Assembly: GCA_963700285.1 (NCBI GenBank)
Contig: CAVOXA010000022.1
Coordinates: 224,001 to 288,000 of the forward strand
Length of the DNA: 64,000 nt
DNA from: an uncultured Chloroflexia bacterium
Lineage (GTDB): Bacteria > Chloroflexota > Anaerolineae > JAAYZQ01
Reading direction: 5' to 3'
The notes beneath the pieces are model-generated. The model saw only the letters and a program-made list of their open reading frames with translations. It did not search any database and was not told the DNA's origin. Position numbers and translations under genes: made by a program. Shown here in pieces: positions 60,325 to 64,000 of the stretch (positions are counted from its first letter, which is position 1; each line of letters starts with the position of its first letter).

Positions 60325-61443
60325 ATGAAGACGAAGCAAGAGAGAATTGGTACGGCCATCATTGGTACAGGCCTGGTGGCGCACACCCACGCCGCGGCAT
60401 TGGTGGCGGATCCTCGCTCGAGACTCGTTGCCGTCTGCAGCCGCGACTTGGAGAAGGTCCGCGCTTTTGCCCGGCGCTATGGCGTGCGCGCTTATTCGGA
60501 TGCGAGCGAGTTGCTCCGGGATCCGGCGGTTGGCGCGGTGTGCATCTGCACGCCCCATCCCAGCCATGCGGACCTGACCGTCATGGCCGCCCGGCAGGGA
60601 GTACACGTGCTCGTTGAAAAGCCGATGGCCATCACGGTGGCCGATTGCGACCGCATGATCGAAGCCGCGGATCAGGCTGGCGTCAAGCTAGGCGTCATCA
60701 GCCAGCGCCGCCTCTACGAGCCGGTCCGGCGCGTAAAACGGGCCATCGACGAGGGCAGGATCGGCCAGCCCATCCTGGGGACAGTCACCGTCCTCGGCTG
60801 GAGGGGCCCCGAGTACTATGCCATGGATGCTTGGCGGGGTACCTGGGATGAGGAGGGCGGCGGGATCCTGGTCAACCAGGTGGTCCACCAACTGGATCTC
60901 TTCCAATGGTTCATGGGACCCATCGCCGAGCTCTCGGCCTACTGGTCCAATCTGAACCATCCCTTTATCGAGGTCGAGGATACCGCCGTCGCCTCGCTGC
61001 GTTTCGCCAACGGCGCCCTGGGCAGCATCGTCGTCAGCAACTCGCAAAACCCAGGGCTTTACGCCAAGATCCACGTCCATGGCTACTCTGGCGCCACCGT
61101 TGGCGTGCAGACCGACGGCGGCTCGACCTTTGTGGCGGGCGTGACCGAAGAAGTGGATCCGCCCCACAATGACGTCTGGACGGTGGCCGGTGAAGAGGAA
61201 CATCTGGCCAAGTGGCAGGCCGCTGACCGGGCCCGGGCTGGTGAAGTGGACATCATGAGCCACTACCATGTCCTGCAGATCGCCGATTTCCTGGAGGCCA
61301 TCGCTCAGGACAGGGAGCCCATGGTCACCGGACGGGAGGGGCGCAAGTTGGTCGAGCTGGTCCAGGCCATCTATCGCTCCGGCGCCCAGCAGAGCCCGGT
61401 CCGCTTTCCGGTACCGGCCGAAGGCCCCGAATGCCCTTCGTAG
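60325..61443 (+). CDS. Gfo/Idh/MocA family oxidoreductase, close paralog of 58142-59254
   Basis: Same motifs, with long identical stretches. Confidence 0.92.
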   Translation: MKTKQERIGTAIIGTGLVAHTHAAALVADPRSRLVAVCSRDLEKVRAFARRYGVRAYSDASELLRDPAVGAVCICTPHPSHADLTVMAARQGVHVLVEKPMAITVADCDRMIEAADQAGVKLGVISQRRLYEPVRRVKRAIDEGRIGQPILGTVTVLGWRGPEYYAMDAWRGTWDEEGGGILVNQVVHQLDLFQWFMGPIAELSAYWSNLNHPFIEVEDTAVASLRFANGALGSIVVSNSQNPGLYAKIHVHGYSGATVGVQTDGGSTFVAGVTEEVDPPHNDVWTVAGEEEHLAKWQAADRARAGEVDIMSHYHVLQIADFLEAIAQDREPMVTGREGRKLVELVQAIYRSGAQQSPVRFPVPAEGPECPS

Positions 61444-61756
61444 GTTTCTGGCCGGGTTGCCGGGCCCGGCACCCATGCCTGTCATTCCCGTCACCCACCT
61501 TGTCATTCCCGCGCAGGCGGGAATCCACTGCCCGCGAGCCACAACGCCCAAGGTCATCTGTCGCAAGCGCAAGGCCAGACTTCGGGGGTTCAAGAAAACC
61601 CCGAGGTTGATGAGCCGGGGGGCCTGGCCCCGTAGGGCCAGACTGATGCTTCCTTGCCCCCCTTTTGCCCCAGGCCAGGATCCGTGATAGAATGCCCCGA
61701 AGCGGAGGCAATCACTGGGACCGTGCCGTGCGACGGTGCGCCATGAGGGAGACAGG

Positions 61757-62317
61757 ATGTCCGAACTGGGCAAGACAAACGAGATCGCGGATGAATTGGT
61801 CATGGAATCGGTCAAGGAGGAGAGGCCCGGGCAGAAAACCCTCGATTGGCACAATTGGGTTGGCCTGACTACCCTGCTGCTGGCGCTGCTGGCCGCCATC
61901 GGCGCCCTGCTGGCCGGCCTCACCGCCAACGAGGCGGTCCTGGACAGGACCATGGAGGCCATCGAAGCCTCGAAGCTGGCGGGGGCTCAGGTTAGGGTTG
62001 AGGTGTTGAAGGCCAAGCAGGAGATCCTGCTCAACGCGGGCCATGCGCCCGACGCGGGCGAGGAAGCAGAACTCCGGGCCTACCAACATCAGGTGTCGCA
62101 GCTCTTGGCAGACGCGGCTGGCGACGAGGCAACTGTGGCCGCCACCCGCTACGCCCACCTGGTCCTGGCGGTTGCGGTAACGATCCTTTCCGTCGGCATT
62201 GCGCTGTGCGGCATGGCCGTCGTCATAGAGCGAAAGTGGTTGTGGGCCGCCGGCCTCGTTGTCGGCGTCGCCGGCACCATCGGCCTGGGCATCGGCATTG
62301 CCACGATGCTGAGCTAG
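61757..62317 (+). CDS. Membrane protein (DUF4337-like, 3 TM)
   Basis: WVGLTT.LLA.LAAI..L, soluble helical middle region, AVTILSV.IAL..MA. Confidence 0.65.
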   Translation: MSELGKTNEIADELVMESVKEERPGQKTLDWHNWVGLTTLLLALLAAIGALLAGLTANEAVLDRTMEAIEASKLAGAQVRVEVLKAKQEILLNAGHAPDAGEEAELRAYQHQVSQLLADAAGDEATVAATRYAHLVLAVAVTILSVGIALCGMAVVIERKWLWAAGLVVGVAGTIGLGIGIATMLS

Positions 62318-62514
62318 CCTGACTCAATATGACAACGGATCCGGTCTCGGCCGATTCGCTGAATCCCTTGAACCGCTGTCATGTTGGCCGGCGACCCCGG
62401 AAGCCCCAAGCGCCTTCAGGCCGCGTACCCATTTGCCGCATGTCCAGGACTGTGGTATACTCACGCCTAATGAAACCGCCACGACTCCGCCACCAACCCT
62501 GAAAGGCGATACCC

Positions 62515-64000
62515 ATGATAGATCTCTTGCTCAGGAACGCTCGCATCGTGGATGGGACCGGAAATCCCTGGTACAGGGGCGATCTAGCCGTCGAGGGCGG
62601 CAGGATCGCGGCCATCGGCCGCCTGGGCCCGGCCAAAGCCCGGCGCGTCCTCGACGTGGAGGGCAACTTTGTCGCCCCGGGCTTTATTGACATTCACGGC
62701 CACTCCGATTACCTGGTGCTGGCCAATCCCCAGGCCGAGAACAAGATCATGCAGGGCGTCACGACCGACATAGCCGGCAACTGCGGTTTCTCCGCGGCCC
62801 CCATTGGCGACGTCTGGCTGCAAGAGTGGTGGGTTGAAGACCCCAACGAGCGTTTTACCGTGGTCTCTCGCGAAGCGGGGCGACAGGTTCTGGGCCGCCA
62901 CGGCATCGAGCTGGACTGGTCCACTCTGGGCGAGTACTATGACCGCATCGGCCAGCGGGGTACGGCCGTCAACTATGGCAGTTTCGTGGGCCAGGCCGCC
63001 CTTCGCCTGGCCGTGACCGGCGACTATGCCCGCATTCCCAGCCCGGAAGAGCTGGAACAGATGCAGGGCTTGCTGGCGCAGGCCATGGAGCAGGGCGCCC
63101 TGGGTTTCTCCACCGAGAGCGGAACCCACAAGGGGATGGATTTTGCCATCGAGGAACTGATTGAGTTGTGCCGTGTCGCGGCTGGCTACGGCGGCCGCTA
63201 TGCCTGTCACATCCGCGACTATGGGGACAAACTGATCGCCGCGGTCAAAGAGGCCCTTTTCGTGGCCGAAGAGGCGGGCATTGAGCTTATCCTCAGCCAC
63301 ATGATGGTCTATGGCCTGGAGAATACCGGCAAGGCGGCCCACGCCCTGCAACTGGTCGAACAGGCGCGGGCGCGGGGGCTGCCCGCTGTGGCCGACATGT
63401 TCCCCTATTGGTTCAACGAGGCGCTGCATTTCTCGCCCTTGCTCACCTCGCTCCTGCCCGCCTGGTTTGTCCAGGGCGGCGACGGCGCCATACTGGAGCG
63501 ATTGCGCGATCCGGAACAACGGGCCAGGCTGAAAGGGGAACTTGAGGCGGGCGAATCCTCCACCTGGTACGTCGTGCCGGGGCGGACCAAGGACGAGGCC
63601 TACGGCCAGAGCCCCCTGGCCCGCGCCCACTGGGAGGACGAACTTGTCCTGCTTTCCTGCCGGAACGGAGAGCAATATCAAGACCAGACCATGGGCGCCA
63701 TTGCCCGGTCCATGGGGGCCGATCCCTTTGAGGCGATCTTGAATTTGCTGGCGCTGGACCCGCAGGCGCGCAAGGTCTTTGTATCGCCCAACGAGGACGA
63801 TCTGCGAACCTTCATGCGCTATCCGGGCATGGCTTTTGGCACCGATGGCGGCCTGATCAAGGCCATCCTCCGGCCCGGCGTGCCCAACCCGGTGCTCTAT
63901 GCTTCCTTCCCCCACGTGCTGGGCAAGTATGTGCGCGAGGAAGGGCTGCTGACCCTGGAAGACGCGGTGCGCAAGATGACTTCCCTGCCGGCTCGAGCCC
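62515..64000 (+). CDS. N-acyl-D-amino-acid deacylase / amidohydrolase 3 family, 3'-partial
   Basis: DLLLRNARIVDGTG.P, VAPGFIDIHGHSD, QGVTT...GNCG.S, HIR, SH, GTDG, LEDAVRKMTSLPA. Confidence 0.9.
   Translation, partial: MIDLLLRNARIVDGTGNPWYRGDLAVEGGRIAAIGRLGPAKARRVLDVEGNFVAPGFIDIHGHSDYLVLANPQAENKIMQGVTTDIAGNCGFSAAPIGDVWLQEWWVEDPNERFTVVSREAGRQVLGRHGIELDWSTLGEYYDRIGQRGTAVNYGSFVGQAALRLAVTGDYARIPSPEELEQMQGLLAQAMEQGALGFSTESGTHKGMDFAIEELIELCRVAAGYGGRYACHIRDYGDKLIAAVKEALFVAEEAGIELILSHMMVYGLENTGKAAHALQLVEQARARGLPAVADMFPYWFNEALHFSPLLTSLLPAWFVQGGDGAILERLRDPEQRARLKGELEAGESSTWYVVPGRTKDEAYGQSPLARAHWEDELVLLSCRNGEQYQDQTMGAIARSMGADPFEAILNLLALDPQARKVFVSPNEDDLRTFMRYPGMAFGTDGGLIKAILRPGVPNPVLYASFPHVLGKYVREEGLLTLEDAVRKMTSLPARA

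Noticed and set aside
62352-62420. c-di-AMP (ydaO) riboswitch suggested by CGCTGAATCC
   Set aside because: The downstream conserved elements of that motif are not recognisable.

Overview
GC-rich bacterial window. The C-terminal (Y/H/W)LP-hydrophobic-R tails and gene content suggest Chloroflexota/Anaerolineae (inference). From left to right: (1) 1-12.5 kb, large secreted modular proteins (beta-helix/LamG, two metallophosphoesterases, a repeat protein); (2) 17.0-22.7 kb, a very GC-rich CHAT(caspase-like)-STAND NTPase-TPR gene followed by a signal-less S8 subtilase, bracketed by REP-like palindromes; (3) 23-37.6 kb, small accessory genes including a flavodoxin-rich cluster; (4) 37.8-52.6 kb, a partly duplicated ion-homeostasis island in which each copy has a DUF2294 gene, a sigma70 promoter and two tandem copies of a covarying structured RNA with overlapping terminators, ahead of P-II-like/CBS, NhaD/ArsB, CPA2 antiporter, P-type ATPase and USP genes; (5) 54.3-54.8 kb, two unannotated paralogous small membrane ORFs, each with an in-frame TGA at the homologous codon followed by a SECIS-like hairpin (candidate new selenoprotein family); (6) a 12 x 80-bp REP-doublet array; (7) a GH4/oxidoreductase sugar operon and a partial D-aminoacylase. 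Many genes carry small frameshifting indels, probably long-read or assembly errors. No rRNA, tRNA, CRISPR or intact transposase was recognised. All family calls come from motif recognition by eye, not from database searches.
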